From Candidatus Eiseniibacteriota bacterium (GTDB lineage: Bacteria; Eisenbacteria; RBG-16-71-46), in contig CAVSAC010000014.1 in NCBI GenBank assembly GCA_963725865.1, positions 288,001 to 352,000 of the forward strand: a stretch of DNA of 64,000 nucleotides, given 5' to 3'. This document shows, in pieces, positions 53,364 through 63,281 of this stretch. The notes under the pieces were generated by a model, which had not been told where the DNA came from, searched no databases, and worked only from the letters and a program-made list of their open reading frames with translations. The translations under genes and the position numbers were made by a program. Numbering within the stretch: position 1 is the stretch's first letter; each line of letters starts with the position of its first letter.

Positions 53364-53527
53364 GAGGGAGATCCTCCGGAGCGTGGGGGTACGAGCCGAA
53401 CCGCGGCACGTTACCCGCGGTCCGCGGGCCGGTCAATGGCCGGCTGCACGATTTGCGCGCTCTGGACTCCCCCTGCCACCGGGCGCGCGCGGTCCGGTCT
53501 CCGCGCGCGCCCGCCGCGGCGCGCCGC

Positions 53528-54169
53528 TCAGCGATAGAGCGACTTGACGCGCCCCCACGAGGCCGGCAGGGCCGGGGTCTGGGAGCACACGTTGACCTGC
53601 GCCGGAGTCGGCACGCAGCCGGTGCCGGGCGGCACCAGGCTGCCGGTGTACGGATCGAGGCCGTCGAACAACGTCCACGTGCCGGTCCCGTCGGGCACCC
53701 GGCCGCTCGCGCGGTCGGCGGCCGCCTCGTGCGCCTTGAACGTGTAGCCGTCGACCAGCACGGTGTCGGGGCCGACGACCTGCCAGAGCAGCACCGAGTC
53801 GCCGCTGTTCGCGAGCGAGAGGCCGTTCGCCGGCTTGCCGTTCGCGCGCTCCCAGTCCAGCGACAGCTTGCCGGTGACGACCAGGTGCTCGCCGCCCGCG
53901 AGCGAGCCGGCGAACCCGTAGCGCGCGATGCTGTCGGCGTCGGTGAGCAGGAAGCTCGACACGTCGAGCGTGGCGGCAGAGGTGTTCACCACCTCGACCC
54001 ACTCGTCGTCGCGCGAGGAGTACACGCCGTCGCCGTTCCAGTCGCGCGCCGGCCCGGCCATGATCTCGTTGAGACGCAGGGCGGTCTGGGCGCACGCGGG
54101 GTGCGCGGTGAAGGCGAACAGCGGAGTGGCGAGCAGCGTGGCGATGAGCGCGGCGAGCGCAAGACGCAT
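53528..54169 (-). CDS. Secreted lamin-tail-domain protein with C-terminal ASWGRVKSLYR tail
   Basis: LRLNEIMA, DEWVEVVN, LSLANSGDSV, GRVPDG and PTP. Confidence 0.8.
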   Translation of the reverse strand: MRLALAALIATLLATPLFAFTAHPACAQTALRLNEIMAGPARDWNGDGVYSSRDDEWVEVVNTSAATLDVSSFLLTDADSIARYGFAGSLAGGEHLVVTGKLSLDWERANGKPANGLSLANSGDSVLLWQVVGPDTVLVDGYTFKAHEAAADRASGRVPDGTGTWTLFDGLDPYTGSLVPPGTGCVPTPAQVNVCSQTPALPASWGRVKSLYR

Positions 54170-54340
54170 GGTGGTTCTCCCGCGGGGGCGCAGCACGCGG
54201 GGGCGTCCCGGGCAGCGCCGCGAGGCGGCCGCCGTCGCGTGCGCCCTCTGCACGCCGCGTGCCGCCCGCCGCGCGGCGCGCGGGCGCGGCGCGGGCCTTG
54301 GTCCGCGGCGGCCACGCGCGCGATCCGGACGTGCGAAGGG

Positions 54341-54640
54341 CCGGAGCGTGTGTCCACGCCCCGGCCCCCGCCGTCCACGCCGATGACGGCGCTCAGCGCG
54401 CGCGCACGCTCAGGAACTCGTTCATGCTCTGCAGCGCGAGCTGGATGTTCTCGAGGCTGTTCGCGTACGAGAACCGCAGGAAGCCCTCCCCCCACGCGCC
54501 GAACGACGTGCCCGAGAGGCACGCGACGCCGGCATCCTGGAGCAGCGCCTCGGCCAGCTCGGCGCTCTTCATGCCGGTGCCGGTGATGTTCGGCCACGCG
54601 TAGAAGGCGCCCGCCGGCATGTGGCAGCGCACGCCGGGCA
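54341..54640. repeat. Direct repeat copy 1 (~300 bp, ~96% identical to 59683-59982)
   Basis: Manual alignment at offset 5342 gives 13 substitutions and no indels. It includes the aminotransferase 3' end and the downstream hairpin. Confidence 0.95.
54393..54640 (-). pseudogene. Orphan 3' fragment (~82 codons) of a class I/II PLP aminotransferase
   Basis: PAGAFYAWP..LLQDAGVA.LSGTSFG..GEGFLRFSYA. Homology stops abruptly 26 bp downstream of the preceding gene's stop. Confidence 0.88.
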
Positions 54641-54666
54641 TGGAGTCGGCATGAGCCTCCGCCACA

Positions 54667-57210
54667 CTATCGCAGCACGACCATCCGTCGCGTCTGAACC
54701 GTGGAGCCCACTTCGAGTCGATAGAGATAGCAGCCGGGCCGCCAACCGTCGGTGTTGATCGGTACGACATTCGGACCGGTAGGCCGAAGCTCGCGGGTGA
54801 GCGGCGCGGTGACCCGTCGCCCCTGAAGATCGTAGACGGCGAGCGTCACGCGGTCTGCCGTCGGCAAGACGAAGCGGATCGAGGTGTGCCCTCGTGACGG
54901 GTTCGGCGCATTCTGGAGCAACGTGACCCGCACCGGCCGAGCCGTCGTATCCTCACCACCTGAGATCGCGAGCCCCGACACGTCAATGGCGACCAGACTC
55001 GCGTGTGGAGTCAACCCCATACGTCTGAATGCGCCGCCGGCATAGACCGTGTGCTCCGCCGCATGTAGCGCCCAGACGACGCCGTCGGCATCGGGCACCC
55101 ACTCGGTCGCCGCACCGCTCACGGAATCCACGGCTGCGAACCACGGCCGCCATTGTCCGCTGACCGCGCCGAACTGCCCGCCGATGTAGATCGTGCCCTC
55201 GAGAGCCGCCAGCGCTTCTACTACGATGGTGCCTCCGTACGGCGGCGGTGGCGAGAGCGACGGGTTCCAGTCGCGAACGGCGCCGCTCGCCAGCTCGATC
55301 GCCGCCACGCTGGTGCGTGGCTGCCCCCCCATCGAGGAGAAGACACCTCCGGCATAGACGGTCGAGCCCTGCACGACGAGAGTGTTCACCCAGCCGTAGT
55401 AGCTGACACTCGGATCCCACGCCGTGGCCTGGGCCGTCGCACTGTCGAGCGCGGCGATCCCACCTCGCTGCGCACCTCCGATTCCCTCGAAGAAGCCACC
55501 CACGTAGATGGTGCCTCCCCTCGGGACGATCGAGAACACGGCGTCGTTCGCGCGTGGATTCCAATCGAGTGCATGGCCTGTCGACCTGTCCAGTGCCGCC
55601 ATGCCCTTTCGGGGTTCTCCGCCGATCTCCCAGAACCACCCGCCCGCGTACACCCGGTCGGCTTGAACTGCGAGCACATTGACGTAGTAGTCGGCTTCGG
55701 GGTCCCAGCTCGTGGCCGCCCCGGTCAGCGTGTCCACCGCGGCGATGCAACTGCGCAGCTGCCCACCGATCTGGCTGAAGTCCCCCCCCACGTAGAGGAC
55801 TCCCGCGTCGAGCGCAAGCGCTCGGATGAAGTATCCGTCCGGATTCGGATTCCAGTCCTTCACTGCTCCACTCACCAGGTCGATCGCAGCCAAGTTGTTG
55901 CGCCGTTGCCACGCCCCCACGCTCTCGAACCGGCCCCCGAGGTAGATGGAGTGTTCGCCCACCGCGATCGCCTCGGGCGCCCGGGTGACGTCTGGCCGCC
56001 AATCCGTGGCCAAACCCGAGACGGCGTCTACGGCGGCCAGCATGACCCGAGGTTGCCCGCCGATGGTCCAGAACGCGCCACTCACGTAGATCCGGTCGTG
56101 CTGCTTCGCCACGGCCCAGATGAACGGCCACGCCCACGGATTGGGAGGACCCGGCTTCGGATCCCACGGCATCACGCGGCCGGTCTCCAGATCCACCTGG
56201 GCCAGCCCGGCGCGCTCGTTCGCGCCCACCGTCGTGAACCGTCCCGCGATATAGGCCGTCGTCCCATCGATCAGGATCGTCCTCACCGACGGCTGGTCCC
56301 ACGGCAGCTCCAGCGGCGGCGCCGTCACGCTGGGATCCCAGTTCGTGGCTAGCCCCGCCGTGTCGTCGACCGCCGCCAAGTGCAGGCGGTCGGCGCCGCC
56401 GATCCGCATGAACCCCCCGCCGACGTACACCCGGTGCTGGTGATGCGCGAGCGCGTAGACCGGCCCGTCGGGATCGGGCTGCCAGCGCCGCGCCCGCCCC
56501 GTTGCCCGATCGATGGCCGCGGCGTAGAGCCGCTGCTCACCGCCGATCGTCCCGAAATCGCCCCCCGCGTACACCACATCGCCCCTCACCACCAACGCGG
56601 ACACCCCGCGGCTCGCGCTCGGGTTCCAGTCCGTCGCCTGCCCGGTTCGCGTGTCCACCGCCGCAATGCACCGGCGCTCCCGACCGCCGATCCGAGTGAA
56701 GTCCCCCCCGACATAGAGCGTGTGCCCCGCCAGCGCCAGGCACCGCACTTCGCCAGTGTCCGCGTCCGCACGCCACTCGGCCACGCGCCCGTCAGCCAGA
56801 ATGTGTGCGAGGTTGCGTCGCGGCTCGCCCCCCACGGCAACGAACTCGCCACCGATGTACCAGCCCCCAAGCCCATCTGGAACCACCGCCCCGACGCGTC
56901 CCGCCACGCGCGGATACCCGGGGCGTGGCGCACCATCGGACGACGACACCACCACCCCACCCCCCGTGCACGGCCCGACGGCTTCGAACGTCCCCGCGAC
57001 GTAGAGCGTGTTCCCCGAGCGCAGGATCGAGGTCACCGTGCCGTTGGTGCCCCAGAGATGCTCGTCAAGCGACTCGGCAGCCGCCGGGGCCCCTCGCAGG
57101 GCCAGCATCAGGATCGCAAGTGCCAGCCTGCGCTGGGGACGGGGACGCACCGCGACCTTCGGTCGCGGTGCATCCCAATCTCGCATCACCTCCGACTCCC
57201 TCGAGGCCAC
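54667..57210 (-). CDS. Secreted multi-blade beta-propeller repeat protein with FlgD-Ig/T9SS-CTD-like C-terminus (cassette gene A)
   Basis: About 13 repeats of LYVGG.F..IGG..R...AA.D..TG....W.P, then QNAPNP...VYDLQGRRV...G.YLYRL. Confidence 0.85.
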   Translation of the reverse strand: MASRESEVMRDWDAPRPKVAVRPRPQRRLALAILMLALRGAPAAAESLDEHLWGTNGTVTSILRSGNTLYVAGTFEAVGPCTGGGVVVSSSDGAPRPGYPRVAGRVGAVVPDGLGGWYIGGEFVAVGGEPRRNLAHILADGRVAEWRADADTGEVRCLALAGHTLYVGGDFTRIGGRERRCIAAVDTRTGQATDWNPSASRGVSALVVRGDVVYAGGDFGTIGGEQRLYAAAIDRATGRARRWQPDPDGPVYALAHHQHRVYVGGGFMRIGGADRLHLAAVDDTAGLATNWDPSVTAPPLELPWDQPSVRTILIDGTTAYIAGRFTTVGANERAGLAQVDLETGRVMPWDPKPGPPNPWAWPFIWAVAKQHDRIYVSGAFWTIGGQPRVMLAAVDAVSGLATDWRPDVTRAPEAIAVGEHSIYLGGRFESVGAWQRRNNLAAIDLVSGAVKDWNPNPDGYFIRALALDAGVLYVGGDFSQIGGQLRSCIAAVDTLTGAATSWDPEADYYVNVLAVQADRVYAGGWFWEIGGEPRKGMAALDRSTGHALDWNPRANDAVFSIVPRGGTIYVGGFFEGIGGAQRGGIAALDSATAQATAWDPSVSYYGWVNTLVVQGSTVYAGGVFSSMGGQPRTSVAAIELASGAVRDWNPSLSPPPPYGGTIVVEALAALEGTIYIGGQFGAVSGQWRPWFAAVDSVSGAATEWVPDADGVVWALHAAEHTVYAGGAFRRMGLTPHASLVAIDVSGLAISGGEDTTARPVRVTLLQNAPNPSRGHTSIRFVLPTADRVTLAVYDLQGRRVTAPLTRELRPTGPNVVPINTDGWRPGCYLYRLEVGSTVQTRRMVVLR

Positions 57211-57214
57211 GTCG

Positions 57215-59299
57215 CTACCTCACCAACATGACACGTCTCACGTACTGACCGTGCCCAAGCGTCAAGCGAGCGAAGTAGACGCCACTGCGCGCGAACGCGC
57301 CGTCCCCCGCTCGACCATCCCAGCGCACCGACGTCGCACCAGCGGCGAGCGTACCGTGAACCAATGTGCGAACGCGCCGTCCGAGGAGATCGTAGATCGC
57401 AAGGTGCGCCTCGGCCGGCGAGGGCAGGGCCACACTGAACGAAACCGCGTCGCGCGACGGCATGGCGCTCTCGACCGTAAGCCCGGCAAGCCTCGGGCGC
57501 GCGGCGTCGGACTCCGGCTCGACGCCCGCGAGGTCAGTGCACCCGAGCGCGAACTCGTAGGGCGGCGAAGCGGGGACGCGGGCGAAGTCCAGGGCCTCGG
57601 TTGTGTCGTCGTAGGCGGCCAGAAACTCGACGTTGCCGGCGTTCGCGAAGCTCAAGTACTCCGACCCTTTCCAATACCCCATTTCATCGGACTCGGCAGC
57701 TCCTTCGACTGCGGTGTAGAACCGCTGCGGATCGCTCCAGTGGCTCGGATCGAGATCGTCGGGCCGGCTCGACGCGGTGGTGATGTACATCAGCGAGTCC
57801 CGCACGGGGAGGCCCTTCGTGTACACGATCCACCACTTTCCATTGCGCCAGAATACGGATGGTGACTCGATACGACTCGTGCCCACAAGTGAGCCACGGG
57901 TCTTGAGTATCGGACCGATGTCATGCCATTGAGCGAGATCGCCATCCGACCCTGCCACGCCCACCACCATTTGGGACGGGGACAAGTTGCCGTGCACCGT
58001 CACGTAGAACATCAGCCAGTGTCCGGCCACGTCAGGGTCCGGAATCACACAGGGGTCACGGAGGTTGATGGAGGGCCAGGTCGGCCGCTGGACGTGATCG
58101 GCCCAGCCCACGGAACTGACCGTATACACGGCTTCCGTGCCGCGCGTCCACGTATTCAGGTTCGTCGAACTCGCGAGCCCGATGCGTTGATCGTCGTTTG
58201 CATCGACGCCGGCGTACAGCATCTTGTAGAACGGGCCTTGGCGAACGATGCTCGGAGCCCACACGTGATTCGATTCCCACCCCGTGGGTGCTACGTGAAG
58301 GACGTTTCGGTTCAAGACGATCCAGTGGTTCAGGTCGCCTAGTACCGAAACCGCGTGGCCGAAGTCCTTTTCGGAAGTGGCGAGGTGCGCGCGCACGCTG
58401 CGAATGTAGAAGACGTGGAAGGCGTAGTTGTTGCCTGCGTCGAAGTAGCCCCCCGGAACGAAAGCGAAGTCCTTCGGCTGAAGTGTCAGAGTATCGAGCG
58501 AACCGAGGAAGAAGCCGAGGCAATCCACCGGCCCGCTCATCTGCGGCGGCGGATCTTCGGCCAGCGAGGTCGTCGCGATTTCACCGAGGCTCCCGCTGGC
58601 CCGCACCCGACACTCGGGCATCAGGCCCGCAATCGAATCGACCGTGGTCAACTCTCGGTTGCTTGCGGTGGAGAGGCTGAGTGGCAGGCTCCAACTCGAG
58701 TCTGGCGCCATGAGCGACAGCGTGCGAACGGATTGAAGGCCCGACCCAGTAGCCGTGAGCCGGAAGTAGATCGAATTGTGAACGCTCGTCGCACGGAGGA
58801 TCACCGCTGGATACTCCCCCCACGCCCCTCCGTTGAACGTCACCTCATTCGACTCGATCACCTGCGTGGAATCGTTCGGATCCAGCGCCACCGCCTTGAA
58901 CCGCCCGCGACTCTCCGCCGGCAGGTCCAGCAGGTACTGCGCGACCGTGGCGATCGGTCCTTCGTCCGAACAGAACTGGATCGTCCGCAGATGCGCCGCG
59001 CTGTCCGCGGCGTTCGCCGGCTCGTCGACCGCCGACACCTGCGCCAGATCCTCCTCGCAGGCCAACTGCGCGTCGATCGGCACCGGGCTGATGTCCGTGC
59101 TGCTGTCGGCGACCCACAGCAGCCGCCACTCCGAGGGCAAGCGCGATTCGCTCGAATCCGCCTGCACCACCAGCGTGCAGCGCGTGGCCTCCGTGAAGCT
59201 CAAGCTCGCGCCGCCAGAGCCCCAATGGAGCTGCAGCGCGGTGGACGGACGTGGAACGAGCATGGCCATGAGAATCAGAACCCCGAGGATGCGGCACAT
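57215..59299 (-). CDS. Secreted five-bladed beta-propeller glycoside hydrolase-like protein (GH32/GH43 clan) with FlgD-Ig C-terminus (cassette gene B)
   Basis: Signal peptide, HVWAPSIV, LRDPCV and IESPSV. C-terminal IYDLLGRRVRTL..WDGR...SGVYFARL. Confidence 0.78.
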   Translation of the reverse strand: MCRILGVLILMAMLVPRPSTALQLHWGSGGASLSFTEATRCTLVVQADSSESRLPSEWRLLWVADSSTDISPVPIDAQLACEEDLAQVSAVDEPANAADSAAHLRTIQFCSDEGPIATVAQYLLDLPAESRGRFKAVALDPNDSTQVIESNEVTFNGGAWGEYPAVILRATSVHNSIYFRLTATGSGLQSVRTLSLMAPDSSWSLPLSLSTASNRELTTVDSIAGLMPECRVRASGSLGEIATTSLAEDPPPQMSGPVDCLGFFLGSLDTLTLQPKDFAFVPGGYFDAGNNYAFHVFYIRSVRAHLATSEKDFGHAVSVLGDLNHWIVLNRNVLHVAPTGWESNHVWAPSIVRQGPFYKMLYAGVDANDDQRIGLASSTNLNTWTRGTEAVYTVSSVGWADHVQRPTWPSINLRDPCVIPDPDVAGHWLMFYVTVHGNLSPSQMVVGVAGSDGDLAQWHDIGPILKTRGSLVGTSRIESPSVFWRNGKWWIVYTKGLPVRDSLMYITTASSRPDDLDPSHWSDPQRFYTAVEGAAESDEMGYWKGSEYLSFANAGNVEFLAAYDDTTEALDFARVPASPPYEFALGCTDLAGVEPESDAARPRLAGLTVESAMPSRDAVSFSVALPSPAEAHLAIYDLLGRRVRTLVHGTLAAGATSVRWDGRAGDGAFARSGVYFARLTLGHGQYVRRVMLVR

Positions 59300-59682
59300 G
59301 GAGCGGCCTCCATTGTACTGCCGGTGGGGCGCAGCGCGGCCGTCGCCGCGATGGAGTTCGCGCGACGGCGAGAAGCGGGTGAGAGGCCAGAGACCGTGCG
59401 CGAGGGCGAGGGGCCCGAGGGAGGACGACGGCACGGCGGCGGACATGATCAACGCCCAAGGCGAAGGGCCGCGCGAGTGAGGGTGCCGCGCACGCGAGGT
59501 TGGTGGCTCGCGCAGAGGCAGTGTGCTCCCGCGACCGGGGGGGGGGGTGCAAGCGGGATTCGTTGCGGGATGGAGAAACCGCCTAGTCCCGATCGCCGCC
59601 CGTGGTCGCGATCGAGCCGCTCGGCCCACGCGCGGCGCCACGCAACTCCGGCGGTCCGCCGCGCCCGCGGCAACGCGAGAGG

Positions 59683-59982
59683 CCGGGGCGTGTGTCCACG
59701 CCCCGGCCTTCGCCGTCCACGCCGATGACGGCGCTCAGCGCGCGCGCACGCTCAGGAACTCGTTCATGCTCTGCAGCGCGAGCTGGATGTTCTCGAGGCT
59801 GTTCGCGTACGAGAAGCGGATGTAGCCCTCCCCCCACGCCCCGAACGACGTGCCCGACAGGCATGCCACGCCGGCGTCCTGGAGCAGCGCCTCGGCCAGC
59901 TCGGCGCTCTTCATGCCGGTGCCGGTGATGTTCGGCCACGCGTAGAACGCGCCCGCCGGCATGTGGCAGCGCACGCCGGGCA
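59683..59982. repeat. Direct repeat copy 2
   Basis: See copy 1. Includes the hairpin CCGGGGCGTG-TGTC-CACGCCCCGG at 59683-59706. Confidence 0.95.
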
Positions 59983-60235
59983 GCGCGTTGAGGCCCTCGA
60001 CGATCGCCTTCCGGCGCTTGAGGAACTCGGTCACCATCGCCTGCGCCTCGTCCTGCGGACCGGTCAGCGCGGCCATCCCGGCCTTCTGCGTGAACGTCGC
60101 GGTGCACGAGGTGACGTTGGTCTGCAGCCGCGCGCACGCCTGCGCCAGCGACTTCTCCATGATGCCGAAGCCGAGCCGCCAGCCGGTCATCGCGTAGGTC
60201 TTCGAGAACCCGTCGAGCACGATCGTGCGCTCGAT
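59735..60235 (-). pseudogene. Orphan 3' fragment (~166 codons) of a class I/II PLP aminotransferase
   Basis: ERTIVLDGFSKTYAMTGWRLG (PLP lysine) through to the C-terminus. No N-terminal half upstream. Confidence 0.88.
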
Positions 60236-60575
60236 CCACCGAGCATCACCGCGACAACCGGTGCGGCGGCCTCTGGGACCGAGCGCTCAGCGCGCGGGAT
60301 GCGGTGGTGTTTTCGAGGGGCGAGCGAACTTGACGAGCGGGGCGCATCGATGCGTCGGATCCACTCCTCACCGATGCTCGGGATTCCTCGCGGACTCGCG
60401 AGCACCACAGCGTCGCCCCTGCCTGTGTACGGCAGTCCACGCTGGGGATGCTCCGCGCTTCCAGGCGGGTGCTTCCGACTTCGCCATTGCGTCGCCGCGG
60501 TGGACGTGAGTGCCAGCGCCGCTGGCGTAGCGGGATTCGCTGCGATCGGCCGATCCGACGCGAGGTCCTACGAAC

Positions 60576-63269
60576 TCACTCCAGCACCACCATCTTTCGC
60601 GTGGCGGTGCGGCCTCCGGCCTCGAGGCGGTAGAGGTACACGCCGGGCCTCCAGCGGTCGGCATGCACCGGCACGTCGTGGCGCCCTGCTTCCTGGAAGG
60701 CGTGATTGAGGAGCGTTGCGACGCGTCGCCCTTGCAGGTCGTAGATCGAGAGCGTCACCGCGGCTGCCTGCGGCAGTGAGAAGCGGATGATCGCGTTCGA
60801 TCGCGCCGGGTTTGGGATGCTCTGGGAGAGGGCGAACGCGAGCGGAGCGGGTGCGAGCTCGCCCGGAGCCGAGAACGCAGCGAGCCCGACGGCGGGAAGC
60901 CCCCCCGCGCGCGTGAATCCGCCGCCGACATGGAGCGTGCTGCCCTCCGCAGCAAGGGTCCAGACGAGCCCGTCCAGGCCCGGGTCCCAGTCGGTGGCGA
61001 GACCGGTCGCTGTATCCACCGCCGCCAGGCAGATGCGAGATTGGCCGCCGATGGTGCCGAAGCGGCCGCCGACGATGAGCGCCGAGTCCAGCAGCGCCAG
61101 CGCATAGACTCGCGACGGCGCCCCCCAGCCCGACATCCCCGGATACCAGGGAAGGGCGCTGCCGGTCTCGACATCGAGGGCCGCGATGGAGTTCCTCGCT
61201 TGTCCTCCGATCTGCTCGAAGCCACCACCCACGTAGAGCTTGTTGCCGCTGACGAGGAGAGCATCGACGATTCCGGGCACGACTTGCGGATCCCACGCCG
61301 AGACCGCACCAGTGAGTGCGTCGACCGCGGCCAGGCACGGTCGCCACTGTCCGCCGATTCGCTGGAAGCTCCCACCCACGTAGATCGAGTCCCCGCTTCG
61401 CGCGAGGGCGTTGACGGGCCAGTCCGCGTTCGGGTCCCAAGGGAGGATCTCCGCGGTCGTCGCGTCGAGCGCCGCAACGTAGTTGCGCGGCTGACCCCCA
61501 ACCTGCGTGAACTCCCCGCCCACGTAGAGCGTGTCACCCCGGAGCAGAAAGACTGTCCCGACGCTATTGCCGCCCGGGTTCCAGTCGGTGACTTCCCCGT
61601 TCAGCGTGTCGAGCGCGGCGAAGTACTGGCGTGGCTGCCGGTCACCACCGATGCTCGTGAAGGCGCCACTCACGAACACGCGATCCCCCTTCACCGCGAT
61701 CGCGGTGCAGATGACGCCGTTCGGATTCGGGTTCCACGGCTTGACCGTCCCGGTGGTCAGGTCGATCGCGGCCAGCCCGGCGCGGTGCTTCCATTCGCCC
61801 ATCAGGCTGAAGATCCCGCCCACGAGCACGGTGTCACCCCGCGGAAGGATGAGGCCAACCGGCTGATCAGGCTTGGGATTCCACGGCAGGAGCGCCCCGG
61901 TCGCTTGGCTGAACGCCGCGGCGAATGGACGACTCTCCGTCCCGAAGGATTCGAACCAGCCGCCCACATAGACCACTCCGCCACTCACCGTGATGGCGTC
62001 GCACAGACGGGGCGGGAACCCGTCGAGTGTCGGACCGATCTGGGGCGTGATCCACGAAAGCGCGTCGCCGGTGATCGCGTCAAGCGCCGCGACGCTGTGT
62101 CGCGGCTGCCCGCCGATCTGGATGAAATTGCCGGCCACGTAAAGCGTGTCGCCGACCAATGTCATCGCGTGAATCGAGGGAAACGGCACGTAGTCGAGGT
62201 AGATGCCCAACGCGCGAGCATCGAACGGCAGGACTTGAGCTGTCGGGATATCCACGGCCGCGACCATGCGCCGCCTGATTCCGGCGATCCCCCCGAACTC
62301 GCCGGCGACGAAGAGGGTATCGCCACGAGGCAGGAGCGCCATGACGCCATAGGTCGCGTCCGCCCGCCACGGGCTCACCTCACCACTCGAGGCGTCCACG
62401 GCTGCAAGGCAGGTACGCGGCTGTCCGCCGATTTCCGAAAAGTAGCCTCCCACGAACACCAGACTGTCGTGGACCGCGAGCGCGGAGATCCCGCCCTCGA
62501 CGTTGGTGTCGAGGTCCCAGTCCAGCACCGCCCCCGTCGCTACGTCCACGCAGCCGAGGTTCTCATGGGGCCGGCCGCCGATCTCCCGGAAGGCGCCGCC
62601 CACGAACAGCCGGCTGCCGTGGATCGCCATCGCAATGACCACCGGTGGATCGATGTAGCCGGGAGATCCGGTTACGCTCGGATTCCAATCCGTTACCGAT
62701 CCGTCTGCACGGACCTGGGCCAGACAGGCGCGAGGCTTGCCGCCGAAGACAGTGAACTCGCCGCCGATGTACCAGCCGCCCGAACCGTCGGGGACAATCA
62801 CATTGACCGGGCCTGCGACCTTCGGGAAAGGCCTCAGCGCCTCTCCCGTCCTGGCGTCGACCGGGACGAACCCACCGCTGTTCTCGCCCACCGACCGGAA
62901 CGACCCGGCGATGTAGAGCGTGCTCCCCGACCGGGCGATGTCGAGCACGTTCCCATTTGCTCCCCACAGATTCGGGTCCGCGATTGGCGATCCCGTTGAC
63001 GAAGTGCCCGCAACGTGGCTGGCGACTCCGAGCGCGCCCGTTCCGACATCGCGCGTCGCTCTCGAGCCGCGCCACCAGGATCGGTGCAAGTAGCGATCGA
63101 ATCCGGGCGAGTGCCTGCCTTGCCCGGAGTCAGCCGCGAACACGCCGCTCGTGTCGGGAGACGGTGGCCCCCAGGCGGGAGGCGCCGTGCCCGAAGTCGC
63201 AGCCTGAGGGCCGAGGCCGGGCGCGAGCAGGCCGATGCCGAGCAAGATGCAGAGTCTCAGCTTCGCCAC
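60576..63269 (-). CDS. Secreted beta-propeller repeat protein with FlgD-Ig/CTD-like C-terminus (gene A', paralog of 54667-57210)
   Basis: Same repeat consensus, shared LWG.NG.V..I.RSG.TLY.AG start of the repeats, and IYDLQGRRV tail. Confidence 0.85.
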   Translation of the reverse strand: MAKLRLCILLGIGLLAPGLGPQAATSGTAPPAWGPPSPDTSGVFAADSGQGRHSPGFDRYLHRSWWRGSRATRDVGTGALGVASHVAGTSSTGSPIADPNLWGANGNVLDIARSGSTLYIAGSFRSVGENSGGFVPVDARTGEALRPFPKVAGPVNVIVPDGSGGWYIGGEFTVFGGKPRACLAQVRADGSVTDWNPSVTGSPGYIDPPVVIAMAIHGSRLFVGGAFREIGGRPHENLGCVDVATGAVLDWDLDTNVEGGISALAVHDSLVFVGGYFSEIGGQPRTCLAAVDASSGEVSPWRADATYGVMALLPRGDTLFVAGEFGGIAGIRRRMVAAVDIPTAQVLPFDARALGIYLDYVPFPSIHAMTLVGDTLYVAGNFIQIGGQPRHSVAALDAITGDALSWITPQIGPTLDGFPPRLCDAITVSGGVVYVGGWFESFGTESRPFAAAFSQATGALLPWNPKPDQPVGLILPRGDTVLVGGIFSLMGEWKHRAGLAAIDLTTGTVKPWNPNPNGVICTAIAVKGDRVFVSGAFTSIGGDRQPRQYFAALDTLNGEVTDWNPGGNSVGTVFLLRGDTLYVGGEFTQVGGQPRNYVAALDATTAEILPWDPNADWPVNALARSGDSIYVGGSFQRIGGQWRPCLAAVDALTGAVSAWDPQVVPGIVDALLVSGNKLYVGGGFEQIGGQARNSIAALDVETGSALPWYPGMSGWGAPSRVYALALLDSALIVGGRFGTIGGQSRICLAAVDTATGLATDWDPGLDGLVWTLAAEGSTLHVGGGFTRAGGLPAVGLAAFSAPGELAPAPLAFALSQSIPNPARSNAIIRFSLPQAAAVTLSIYDLQGRRVATLLNHAFQEAGRHDVPVHADRWRPGVYLYRLEAGGRTATRKMVVLE

Positions 63270-63281
63270 TGGTCCCTCCGC

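Noticed and set aside
60283..60296. 14-bp match (GCGCTCAGCGCGCG) to the aminotransferase stop region as a third repeat or att core
   Set aside because: It is short, GC-rich and low-complexity, with no flanking similarity, so it could be chance.
54900..63000. Periodic ~165-bp similarity as a possible CRISPR array or DNA tandem repeat
   Set aside because: The periodicity reflects degenerate protein-level beta-propeller blades. There are no identical repeats with unique spacers and no cas genes.
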